DNA of 61,883 bases, filler included, from Actinomycetota bacterium (GTDB lineage Bacteria; Actinomycetota; Acidimicrobiia; Spongiisociales; UBA4744): NCBI GenBank assembly GCA_013152275.1. It is 5 parts of 5 records of this genome, joined end to end, with 100 filler letters (N's around TTAATTAATTAA, not from the genome) between each part and the next. Parts side by side here need not be neighbours in the genome. Positions count along the whole stretch, not along the records: positions 52,321 to 57,070 come from JAADGS010000029.1; positions 57,171 to 61,883 come from JAADGS010000043.1; 3 more parts are not named here. One strand, written 5' to 3'. The notes below the pieces were generated by a model, which saw only the letters and a program-made list of their open reading frames with translations, was not told where the DNA came from and did not search any database. Shown one piece after another: positions 53,579-61,883 of the stretch. A program made the position numbers and the translations under genes. Position 1 is the stretch's first letter, and each line of letters begins with the position of its first letter.

Positions 53579-54225
53579 CGGTCCGCGATGTGACTCACAC
53601 CTACCGCACCAGCGCCGGTCCGGTGTTGCGCGACGTATCTTTGGAGTTGGGGGACGGCGAAACCGCAGCGATCATGGGTCCGTCAGGTTCGGGGAAGACG
53701 ACCCTGCTTTCGATCCTGGGTCTGCTCATGCCACCGACGTCCGGCGATGTGTTGCTCGATGGTGAGAGCATCCCCGGTGGACGAGTTCGCCGGGGATTGC
53801 GGTCCCGCGACTTTGCGTGGGTATCCCAGACGACGAACGTGCTGGCACGCAGATCCGTCCGCGACAACGCTGCTCTGGCGTTGCTCGGCCAGGGAGCGCA
53901 ACGCACTCCCGCATACGTCGAGGCCGAGAAATCGCTCGTGATGGTCGGCCTCTCCGGGTTGTCGCATCGGACCGTCCAAACCCTGTCGGGTGGAGAGCTA
54001 CAGAGAGTGTGTATTGCGCGCGCCCTGTGCGGCAGACCCCGGTTCATCCTCGCCGATGAGCCATCCGGTCAGCTTGATTCTGCGACGACCTCTCGGGTGC
54101 TCGATGCCCTCCTTGCCGCTCGTGAGCAGGGTTCAGCTCTCATCGTGGCGACACACGACCCCGAGGTCGCTGAGCGCATGGACCGTGTCATAGAGCTTCG
54201 CGACGGCGAACTGTCGGTGATGTAG
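53569..54225 (+). CDS. ABC ATPase (LolD/MacB type)
   Basis: GPSGSGKTT, LSGGELQRV, LADEPSGQLD. Confidence 0.93.
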   Translation: MSLAVRDVTHTYRTSAGPVLRDVSLELGDGETAAIMGPSGSGKTTLLSILGLLMPPTSGDVLLDGESIPGGRVRRGLRSRDFAWVSQTTNVLARRSVRDNAALALLGQGAQRTPAYVEAEKSLVMVGLSGLSHRTVQTLSGGELQRVCIARALCGRPRFILADEPSGQLDSATTSRVLDALLAAREQGSALIVATHDPEVAERMDRVIELRDGELSVM

Positions 54226-54227
54226 CA

Positions 54228-55310
54228 ATGTGGAACGTTCGGACGTTGATCGGCGAAGGCATCCGCAACGTCGTGAGCTCTGGTATGCGGGGGCTGGTCG
54301 TCATGGCTGCATTTGCCGGTGTCGTGGCCGGCTTGTTCCTCACAGAAGTGTCGTTCGTGGACGGGGTCATCAAGGACCAGCAGGCATTCACAGAACGCGG
54401 GCTGAACGTCTTTGTGGTCGGTGTCGAAGACGGCACCCTCCAACTCGACCGTTGTACCGAGCTCAACCGACTCGACCATGTCCTCGCCGCCGGGGGCGTG
54501 CGGCGGGCGGAACAAACTATCTTCTCGACTGCCCCGGGAGTGCGGTTCCAAACGGTTGAGGTGTCGGGCAGGTTGCTGGATGTCTGGGCTCGCGATCGGA
54601 CCCCTGGTTTGTCGGCACCGATTAGCCAGTTCTTTGTCGGGCAGGCTGCGGCGGACGAGCTCGGTCTTGCCGCTGGCGTCACGGTCGAACCCCGCGGGGT
54701 CGCTGGCGTCGTGCAGATCGCTGGCGTCGTTGATGTGTCGGGTCGGTATGAGGCGGCAAGCCGGTGGGTGATGATTCCGAGTGTCGCGGCGGGAGATGGT
54801 GATGAGTGCTGGGTCGAGTTTGCTCCCCAGGCGAAGTCCACTGCCAAGGGCGAGCTGTTGTCCTGGTTCGACAAGGATGAGTTGAGCATCGGGATTCGAT
54901 CACTGGTGCCGACCGGCGAATTCACTCGTGACCCGCTGCGCAGCCTTCTTGAGCGCAGCACCCAGTCGTTGTGGATCCCCGGTGGCGCTCTGCTCTCTCT
55001 CATCCTCTGGATCGGCGTATGGTTCCGCCGCTCCGAACTGGGGCTCTACCAATCGTTGGGTATGTCGACGCTTGACCTGTACCGGCTCGGATGGATCGAG
55101 ACCGCCCTGATAGCAGTTATCGGTGCGGTCGCGGGGTTGCTGTGGGGCACCGTGGTGGGACTGCGACTGGTCGGTAGCCTTCGGCTGGACCAATCAATGT
55201 TCGGGTTCCTCACGGCCACGTCCGGAGTTGCCCTAGCGCTTGCGGTGGGTCCGCTCGCCTATGCGCTGTTATCGCGATCGCACATCGCAACGCTGCTCAA
55301 GGAACGGTGA
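54228..55310 (+). CDS. MacB/FtsX-like ABC permease
   Basis: One TM, extracytoplasmic loop, then three TMs; RRSELGLYQSLG. Confidence 0.8.
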   Translation: MWNVRTLIGEGIRNVVSSGMRGLVVMAAFAGVVAGLFLTEVSFVDGVIKDQQAFTERGLNVFVVGVEDGTLQLDRCTELNRLDHVLAAGGVRRAEQTIFSTAPGVRFQTVEVSGRLLDVWARDRTPGLSAPISQFFVGQAAADELGLAAGVTVEPRGVAGVVQIAGVVDVSGRYEAASRWVMIPSVAAGDGDECWVEFAPQAKSTAKGELLSWFDKDELSIGIRSLVPTGEFTRDPLRSLLERSTQSLWIPGGALLSLILWIGVWFRRSELGLYQSLGMSTLDLYRLGWIETALIAVIGAVAGLLWGTVVGLRLVGSLRLDQSMFGFLTATSGVALALAVGPLAYALLSRSHIATLLKER

Positions 55311-55425
55311 CAAGGAAACTTTTCGCGACCCCCCCCCACAAACGGACATCGGGTCGGTATCCTTTCGGTATCGGTCTTGATTCGGTGTGCGCGACGGTCC
55401 TGACCAACCGAAGAAGGGAAAGCAC

Positions 55426-55773
55426 ATGCGAAGAATCATCTACCTACTCCTGGTCGTCGCCATGATGACCACGACTATCACTCCGGCCTCCGCTAGCAAC
55501 GTCCACGTAGTGGGTGGAGGCAATGGAACCTGCACCTACGACGGCTACCACGACTACTTCAGCGACGTTGTGTTCGCTTCAACTCAGGTCAACTCGGGTC
55601 CGTGTTCGACGGTGAAGGTCGAGGCGAAAATCAAAGTCAACGGCTCCTGGACCATCAGATCGTGGTACGGGTATAGCGGCTACGTCGAGCGGTCGTGGGG
55701 ATACGACGACTTCAATTGGACTCGTCACACCGTTTGGGGTGGCCCGTCACCGGCAGTTTGGAAGATCTATTGA
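55426..55773 (+). CDS. Small secreted aromatic/Gly-rich protein (bacteriocin-like candidate)
   Basis: AAGGGA SD; Sec signal MRRIIYLLLVVAMMTTTITPASA; mature about 92 aa with 2 Cys and many W/Y. Confidence 0.8.
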   Translation: MRRIIYLLLVVAMMTTTITPASASNVHVVGGGNGTCTYDGYHDYFSDVVFASTQVNSGPCSTVKVEAKIKVNGSWTIRSWYGYSGYVERSWGYDDFNWTRHTVWGGPSPAVWKIY

Positions 55774-56339
55774 CGAGACGCAAGGGGCTTGGCAGTCTCC
55801 TGGCTTTTGTGTTGGTGGTGGGGGCGTGCTCCGGTACGCCTGCCACCACCGATACAGCGTTCCCACCGTGGCTTGAGACGCTGGTTGCGTCGACGACCGA
55901 TTTCCAGAAGGAGATCCTCAGTGACGGTGAGGTCACGATCGACGAGTTGGAGAAGGCTGTTCTTGCAACGGTGCAGTGTATGGAGGAGAACGGGATTCCC
56001 ATCACGGACTTCAGTTTCGATTCCGAAAACGCCGAGTGGGGCATGTCTGTCGCGGCTGAGGAGGCGGATCGTACAGATGCAGAGCTGGCGGCATTTGACG
56101 CTATCGAAAACGCGTGCACGGAAGAGTACTCGATGGCGGTTGGAAGTGTGTTTGGGTTTCAGAATCGACCGACCCCTGAGGAACTCAGCGCCGAACTCGC
56201 ACGAACGGCGCAATGTATGCGCGAGGAGGGATTCGATGTGCCCGATGGTGCAACACGCGAGGCAATGCAGAACCTTGCAGGTACGAGCCGCCGCGCATAC
56301 GGTGAGTGTCGCCAGTTGGCTCAGGAGCAAGCCAACTGA
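55770..56339 (+). CDS. Lipoprotein with four additional conserved Cys, paralog 1
   Basis: TTG overlaps the upstream TGA; lipobox VGAC; QCMEENG and QCMREEG motifs. Confidence 0.8.
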   Translation: MTRRKGLGSLLAFVLVVGACSGTPATTDTAFPPWLETLVASTTDFQKEILSDGEVTIDELEKAVLATVQCMEENGIPITDFSFDSENAEWGMSVAAEEADRTDAELAAFDAIENACTEEYSMAVGSVFGFQNRPTPEELSAELARTAQCMREEGFDVPDGATREAMQNLAGTSRRAYGECRQLAQEQAN

Positions 56340-56436
56340 GGATTGGTGTAGGCGCGGCTCGCGTTGTCGGCATCGACGGTGACTTCGCGGTTGGTACGTT
56401 TGGTGTTTGAGGAGGCGCGGTGGATATCGGGATGAC

Positions 56437-57009
56437 ATGTTGATCGGAGGCCGTCTCCGCGTCGGTCTTGTGGCTTTTGTGTTGGTGGTGGCGGCGTGTT
56501 CGGGTACGGCTGCCACCACCGATTCGGAGTTTCCGCCGTGGCTTGCGACGCTGGTTGCATCGACGACCGATTTCCAGAAGGAGATCCTCAGCGACGGCGC
56601 AGTGACCATCGATGAGCTAGAAAAGGCGATTCTCGCCAACGTGCAGTGTCAGGTCGAGAACGGTGTTGAGATTCGGGACTTTGTCTTCGACCCACTCGGC
56701 GGAGGATACGAAATGGCGGTCGTGTGGGGGGCGGATCTTCCCGGTGATGCAGCCCGGGACGCCGTTGACGCCATTCAAGCCGACTGTGAGGCCGAGTATT
56801 CCATCGCCGTCGAAAACGTGTTTGGGTTCCAGAATCAGTCGACTCCTGAGGAGCTGAGCGTCGAGTTGGCGCGTACGGCGCAGTGCATGAGGGAGAAGGG
56901 TTTTGACGTGCCCGAGGGTGCGACAGGTGAGGTGTTGCAGAACCTTGTCGGGGCCGACCGCCGGACATACGGAGAGTGTCGCCGGGTGGCCCAGGACGGG
57001 TCGAATTAG
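56437..57009 (+). CDS. Lipoprotein with four additional conserved Cys, paralog 2
   Basis: Lipobox VAAC; clear paralog of 55770-56339. Confidence 0.8.
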   Translation: MLIGGRLRVGLVAFVLVVAACSGTAATTDSEFPPWLATLVASTTDFQKEILSDGAVTIDELEKAILANVQCQVENGVEIRDFVFDPLGGGYEMAVVWGADLPGDAARDAVDAIQADCEAEYSIAVENVFGFQNQSTPEELSVELARTAQCMREKGFDVPEGATGEVLQNLVGADRRTYGECRRVAQDGSN

Positions 57010-57021
57010 TTGTGGCCTCCC

Positions 57022-57070
57022 GTTCTTGTGACGTTTGGGCGCAATAATTGCGCCCAAACGTCACAAGAAC
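57022..57070. repeat. 49-bp symmetric element, copy 5 (contig ends at its last base)
   Basis: GTTCTTGTGACG-N25-CGTCACAAGAAC. Confidence 0.9.
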
Positions 57071-57170
57071 NNNNNNNNNNNNNNNNNNNNNNNNNNNNNN
57101 NNNNNNNNNNNNNNTTAATTAATTAANNNNNNNNNNNNNNNNNNNNNNNNNNNNNNNNNNNNNNNNNNNN
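57071..57170. other. Artificial contig spacer
   Basis: N44-TTAATTAATTAA-N44. Confidence 0.98.
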
Positions 57171-57237
57171 CAGTTCCTGCCCCACAGGCGGCAAAGACGA
57201 GGCTTGCAGCGACAACGAGAACTATTGCTTTCCCCAT
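57171..57237 (-). CDS. 5' end of a lipoprotein (MGKAIVLVVAASLVFAACGAGT...), truncated
   Basis: Signal peptide with FAAC lipobox. Confidence 0.6.
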
Positions 57238-57354
57238 ATCGTTGAAACGCACTACGGACTCGAAAGGTTCCAGGTCCTGGAGAGCACGCCCACTACTTCG
57301 CCCAGCGTATTCGCTGCGCTGACCCGACCCGTCCGGTGTCTTCTGATGATAAAT

Positions 57355-57382
57355 GCATACTGCGTATGTATACTGTGTTTGC
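57355..57382 (+). promoter_or_regulatory. PadR operator-like boxes
   Basis: GCATACTGCGTATGT and GTATACTGTGTTTGC match the ATAC-N3-GTAT boxes at 47504 and 47528. Confidence 0.6.
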
Positions 57383-57405
57383 ATCGCGACTATCGAGGAG
57401 AGGCC

Positions 57406-57990
57406 ATGGCGTTCAGAGAGACCCTGTTGGTGTTGTTGTTGGATGGGCCGAGCCACGGCTACCAACTAAAGCTCGATTTCGAAACCGCTACTGGGGATGC
57501 CTGGCCCCTCAACGTCGGGCAGGTGTATTCAACCCTGCAACGCCTAGAGCGAACCGGATTGGTCGAGGTTGAGAGTACCGATGCCGAGGGGAGAATCCGG
57601 TACGAGATCACCGAACAAGGCCGAACAGTCGTCGAGCAGTGGTTCTCGAGCCCGGTAGAACAGTCCATGGCGACTCGTGACGATCTTTCGATGAAGCTCC
57701 TACTGTCGATCGCGACGAGCGCCGCGGATCCGGCCAAAGTGATCGGGACCCAGCGGGGTGCAACGATGCGCGCACTCCAGGACTACACCCGCCTGCGCGA
57801 GGAGACGAATGAGTCCGACCTTGCTTGGGAGTTGCACCTCGATCGGTTGATCATCCGCTCCGAGGCCGAGCTGCGGTGGCTGGACCGTGTTGAGGACCGG
57901 CTCGCCGCACGCACGACGACACCGACGAAACGACGCCCTGTCGTGGCGAAGCAGACCGGGCCAGTGACCAGCAAGGGAGGGGCACGATGA
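57406..57990 (+). CDS. PadR-family transcriptional regulator
   Basis: GAGGAG SD; HGYQLK...WPLNVGQVYSTLQRLER. Confidence 0.92.
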   Translation: MAFRETLLVLLLDGPSHGYQLKLDFETATGDAWPLNVGQVYSTLQRLERTGLVEVESTDAEGRIRYEITEQGRTVVEQWFSSPVEQSMATRDDLSMKLLLSIATSAADPAKVIGTQRGATMRALQDYTRLREETNESDLAWELHLDRLIIRSEAELRWLDRVEDRLAARTTTPTKRRPVVAKQTGPVTSKGGAR

Positions 57991-58712
57991 CCCGCGCACC
58001 GGTGCTCGCAATGCGGCGAGTCGGCCGGACCCACGGAACCGGCGCCCAACGGGTCGACGCCCTCGTCAATATCGATCTCGATGTCAACAAAGGCGAATTG
58101 GTTGCAGTGACGGGCCGCAGCGGCTCAGGTAAAACGACGCTCCTCAATCTCGCCGGCGGTCTCGACGAGGCGACCACCGGCTCCGTCGAGGTCGAAGGTC
58201 GGCTGCTCGCCGAGCTCTCAAAAACGGAGCTGGCGGAACTGCGGCGGCTGCGGGTCGGGTATGTGTTCCAACAGTTCAACCTGCTCCCGACTCTCACCGC
58301 AGGCGAGAACGTCTCGCTCCCGTTGGAGCTCGACGGCATGTCACTGCGCAAGGCTCGGAGTCACGCCGAGACTGCGCTCGCCGAAGTCGGCCTGGAGGAT
58401 ATGGCGAACCGATACCCCGATCAGCTTTCAGGTGGGGAGCAGCAGAGGGTGGCGATCGCACGGGGATTTGTGGGACCCCGTGTGCTGCTGCTGGCTGACG
58501 AACCCACCGGGGCGCTCGATGAGGTGACCAGCGAGAGCATTCTGCGATTGCTGCGGACTCGTTGCGACCAGGGTGCCGCCGCAATGCTGGTCACCCACGA
58601 ACCAGCGTACGCCGCATGGGCGGATCGCGTGGTGCGTATTCGCGACGGCCAGATTGAGCAGATCTCCGAACGCTCAACGGTCCCAGCAGGCATGGAAGCA
58701 ACCACACCATGA
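57987..58712 (+). CDS. ABC ATPase (LolD/MacB type)
   Basis: GRSGSGKTT, LSGGEQQRVAIAR, LADEPTGALD. Confidence 0.95.
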   Translation: MTRAPVLAMRRVGRTHGTGAQRVDALVNIDLDVNKGELVAVTGRSGSGKTTLLNLAGGLDEATTGSVEVEGRLLAELSKTELAELRRLRVGYVFQQFNLLPTLTAGENVSLPLELDGMSLRKARSHAETALAEVGLEDMANRYPDQLSGGEQQRVAIARGFVGPRVLLLADEPTGALDEVTSESILRLLRTRCDQGAAAMLVTHEPAYAAWADRVVRIRDGQIEQISERSTVPAGMEATTP

Positions 58713-61360
58713 ACCTCGTTGGTCTTCGTGCGTCCGCTCGCATCGCCCGACGCTCAGCGATACGGCACCGCAAACGCACCATCCTGATCTTGGTTCTCAT
58801 CGCCATCCCGGTCGCCGCCGCGATCGTCGTAGCTGGAATCAATCGCGCGAACAAGCTGGACCCCGAACGGCTCGTATCGAGCACGTTCGGGGCTGCCGAG
58901 GTTGTGATTACAGCGGACACATCGGATCCCGAAATCGATGCCTGGGTCACCGAACAGATCAGCAACGAGCCGTCCGCCGATTCCCTGAGGTATCGCAAGT
59001 TGGAGGTGCGTCTCGGCCTGGTCGTGAGTCCCGATCTTGGTGATCGTGTCCGGTTGTCAGACATCGACTTCACCAACCCGCTGGCCCGCGGGACTACCGT
59101 TCTCGCGGATGGGACAGAACCCTCGCGTCGGGGTGACATCGCACTGAGCGTGAACCTCGCGCAGCGGCTGCAGGTCCGCTCCGGCGACACCATCGAACTG
59201 ACGTTGGGAGGCGCCAGCCCTCTCACATACAGCATCACAGGGCTTGTTCAAGACCCCATCAGCGTCCGGCGGGTGTTTGCGATCGTCACCCCAGAGGAAA
59301 TGACTGACGTGATTGCTCGCGTCGATGCGCAGGCACAAGTGCGTGGCAATGAACGGATCGACGAGTTTCGCCTTCGCACAACCTGGCTGTTGGGCGGAGT
59401 CGACGGAGAGTTCGCCCCTCGGATTCTCCGCGCGTGGGAACGCGACAGAGACGAATTCCTACCACCAGCAGCGGTCGATCCTCAGCCACAGGAGCTGGAG
59501 CCGCACTCGGACGACACCAGGCTCTCCTTTATTTGGGTGGATGCGGAAAGCCGCCAGGACCGGCTCCTGGGGATGGCGAGAGACGATTCAGCTTTGACCG
59601 GGTCGCCCGTCGTTGGCACCATGGTTGCAGCGTTGCTCCTCGTCGAGGTTGCCCTGGTGGCGGGGGCAGCATATGCCACCGGGACCCGACGGCGACTGCG
59701 CGAAATCGGGCTCCTCGGCTCAAGTGGCGCCACCGAGATGCACATCCGGACAATCATTGTCGGCGAGGGAGTCGTCGCTGGACTCGTGGGAGCCGCCATC
59801 GGCGCGGCAATAGCCGTTTCGCTCCTCATCGCTGGTCGACCGTTCCTACAACTGCTTGTTGACCAACTCATTGTCGAGCCGCCCATTACCGCGGTGGATA
59901 TCTTGGGGCCGATGGCGGTCGGTATTCTGGCTGCCACGGTTGCCGCATGGATCCCGGCCCGCACCGCCGCGGGCGTACTGACCGTCACAGCCCTGCAGGG
60001 ACGAATGCCAGAGAAGCCTCAGCGCCGGTGGGTCGCTCCGGCGGGCCTGGGGCTGGTCGGGTTCGGTGCTTTGCTCGTCGTCGTCGCAAAGGTGGCCTTC
60101 GGCCAGGGAGCAGCAATTCAAGCTGGGTTGGGAGTTATCTTCATGATCGCAGGTGCGGCGCTGTTGACCGGCTCGATAGTCACCGCCGCGGGCAGCATCG
60201 CCGATCGATTCCGCGCGACCCCTCGCCTTGTCCTGCGCGATGCTGCCCGGCAGCGCTCGCGTGCGTCCGTGGCGACGGCCGCGGTTATGGTCGTCCTGCT
60301 CGGCCCGGTGATCATGGGTGTGAGCATCGCCAACGCCAGGGTAGGACAAGCAATTCATGGTCTGCCGGCTCCAGCCAATCACATCGTTGTCGTCGGCCAA
60401 TACAACGCTGACGGGTACACCGAGGCTGGTACTGCCACGGCTGAGGACGTAGAAGCGGTGCGGAGCGTTATCCCCAACTCCGAGATGGCATTGATCGCCA
60501 CACTCGATGCTCGCATCGTCTTTCAGGCAGAAGGGGTCGCCGTGGCAACGCTGAGTAGTCGCAGATCGGTCGAGGGATACGAACAGGAGTTTCTCCGTGA
60601 AGACGTCCGGGCGGCAGTGGGAACACCTGCCCTCGCGACGGTACTCGGCGATCCCGCAATTGCACAAGCACTTGAGAGCGGGGAAGCCGTGGTCCTCGGC
60701 GTTAAGAACCGCGCGACGACCCTGACCGTCAACGGTATAGAGATCAACGCGACGGAGATCGCTATCCCAGTTGCGTCATGGGCCATGCCGCGCTTGCTCC
60801 TTCCTCAGAGCATGGTGGATAGTCTCGATCTGCAAACTGCCGGAACCAAGGCGCTATTCGTCACCGAAGAACCACTTACGGTCGAATCGGCTTACGCTAT
60901 CTGGAACCTCGACTTCACGGTTGACATCTCCCCGATTCGACCATTCTCGCTCCAACAATCTCTGTGGCTGGGGCTCGGTGCGACGTTTCTCGTGGTTCTT
61001 GGGATCATCGGCCTCATCACCGCTCTATCAGCAACGGAGTCCGACCGTGATTTGGCGATGATGGTTGCCGTGGGCGCACCGCCAACGATGCGGCGTCGGT
61101 TCCTAGGGCTGCAAACCGCGTTCTTTGCCTTCTTTGCCGGACTGCTGGCCGCCCCACTCGGATGGTTGCTGATGAAGGTGTCTGCCGACAACAGCGACTG
61201 GGTGATCATTGGACCGTTTGGCACCGTTCCCTCCGGCATCGCCACGGTGCCGTGGGGCGTGATCGCGGTTGTGGTGCTTGTCATTCCGGCAGCTGTTGGC
61301 GGAGTCACCGCACTCGTCGTGAAGTCATCGCCGACGATGCCGGCCCGTCAGGCGCTGTAG
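58709..61360 (+). CDS. FtsX-like double-domain ABC permease
   Basis: Paralog of 48886-51402; RRRLREIGLL, RDLAMMVAVGA. Confidence 0.88.
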   Translation: MNLVGLRASARIARRSAIRHRKRTILILVLIAIPVAAAIVVAGINRANKLDPERLVSSTFGAAEVVITADTSDPEIDAWVTEQISNEPSADSLRYRKLEVRLGLVVSPDLGDRVRLSDIDFTNPLARGTTVLADGTEPSRRGDIALSVNLAQRLQVRSGDTIELTLGGASPLTYSITGLVQDPISVRRVFAIVTPEEMTDVIARVDAQAQVRGNERIDEFRLRTTWLLGGVDGEFAPRILRAWERDRDEFLPPAAVDPQPQELEPHSDDTRLSFIWVDAESRQDRLLGMARDDSALTGSPVVGTMVAALLLVEVALVAGAAYATGTRRRLREIGLLGSSGATEMHIRTIIVGEGVVAGLVGAAIGAAIAVSLLIAGRPFLQLLVDQLIVEPPITAVDILGPMAVGILAATVAAWIPARTAAGVLTVTALQGRMPEKPQRRWVAPAGLGLVGFGALLVVVAKVAFGQGAAIQAGLGVIFMIAGAALLTGSIVTAAGSIADRFRATPRLVLRDAARQRSRASVATAAVMVVLLGPVIMGVSIANARVGQAIHGLPAPANHIVVVGQYNADGYTEAGTATAEDVEAVRSVIPNSEMALIATLDARIVFQAEGVAVATLSSRRSVEGYEQEFLREDVRAAVGTPALATVLGDPAIAQALESGEAVVLGVKNRATTLTVNGIEINATEIAIPVASWAMPRLLLPQSMVDSLDLQTAGTKALFVTEEPLTVESAYAIWNLDFTVDISPIRPFSLQQSLWLGLGATFLVVLGIIGLITALSATESDRDLAMMVAVGAPPTMRRRFLGLQTAFFAFFAGLLAAPLGWLLMKVSADNSDWVIIGPFGTVPSGIATVPWGVIAVVVLVIPAAVGGVTALVVKSSPTMPARQAL

Positions 61361-61412
61361 TCGGCAACCAGGCCGTGCTGCTCGCAAGCGGACTGCGTCC
61401 ACCACCGAAGAC

Positions 61413-61883
61413 TCACGGAGAGGTCCGCTCCGCAATACCAAGGCCTTCGACGTTGTACCAGAGGGAGACGTAGAAGTTTCTCGTCATCGAACAGCCGCGG
61501 TCTCCATACGCAAGGCCGTCGCCGCCGCGCACACACTCGCCGTCGATCGTGATCTCGACACGCTCCACAACCTCGGGTCGGAACAGCGCGTCGTAGAGCT
61601 GCAGGGTGAATAGCTGCAACTCGGAGGACGTTGAATTCGGGGATACCGGGTCGAGCAGGGCGGCTGTGAAATCTGCCCTGACCACACCGGCCTTGTCGAT
61701 CGTCAGGGACGTGAGTTCGGCGGTCCCGGAGAACATCGAGTAATAACCATCGGCCTCCTCGGCCGGAGTCACACCCCTCAGGACACTCTCCACCCGCGCT
61801 ACAAGAATTTCGCGCACATCGTCGCTCTCAACAACCGGACGTGCCAACCCGGCAATGGCACCACCGCACGAAACAACGTCGTA
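61413..61883 (-). CDS. GerMN-domain protein, 5'-truncated at the window edge
   Basis: LRGVTPAEEADGYYS, VRADF, QLYDALFRPEVVERVEITIDG; frame open to the edge. Confidence 0.75.
   Translation of the reverse strand, partial: YDVVSCGGAIAGLARPVVESDDVREILVARVESVLRGVTPAEEADGYYSMFSGTAELTSLTIDKAGVVRADFTAALLDPVSPNSTSSELQLFTLQLYDALFRPEVVERVEITIDGECVRGGDGLAYGDRGCSMTRNFYVSLWYNVEGLGIAERTSP

Overview
The window is five unrelated contigs joined by artificial 100-nt spacers (N44-TTAATTAATTAA-N44 at 23727, 47226, 52221 and 57071), so adjacency across spacers has no meaning. It comes from a high-GC actinobacterium, probably Acidimicrobiia-like (inferred from gene content). Contig 1 (1-23726): rplJ tail, rplL, rpoB, rpoC; then an opposite-strand block with a Liv-type ABC importer, a BMP/nucleoside-type ABC importer, a PaaI thioesterase and a degenerate GH8 lipoprotein; then rpsL, rpsG, fusA and the start of tuf. 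Contig 2 (23827-47225): the conserved actinobacterial ahcY, SIS, Trm112, PMM, DUF3499, DUF5719, GT2, cofD, cofE envelope/F420 region. It carries an inserted GT2/GtrA/GT-C glycosylation module and small Zn-finger genes, followed by an epimerase, GT2, ugd, an LCP protein, birA and acyl-CoA carboxylase subunits. Contigs 3 and 5: paralogous PadR, ABC ATPase, double-FtsX permease operons that share an ATAC-N3-GTAT operator-like palindrome. Contig 4: a MacAB-like exporter, a small secreted aromatic-rich protein and two tandem lipoproteins with a variable core. Most notable: (i) five copies of an exactly 49-bp symmetric site with 12-bp arms and an oriented ATART centre, which flank a GT2 gene in inverted orientation and the contig-4 module in direct orientation; (ii) a candidate bacteriocin/immunity-lipoprotein module; (iii) a TFIIS-like zinc ribbon within a trio of small Cys-rich genes. 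No rRNA, tRNA, CRISPR array or transposase was recognised.
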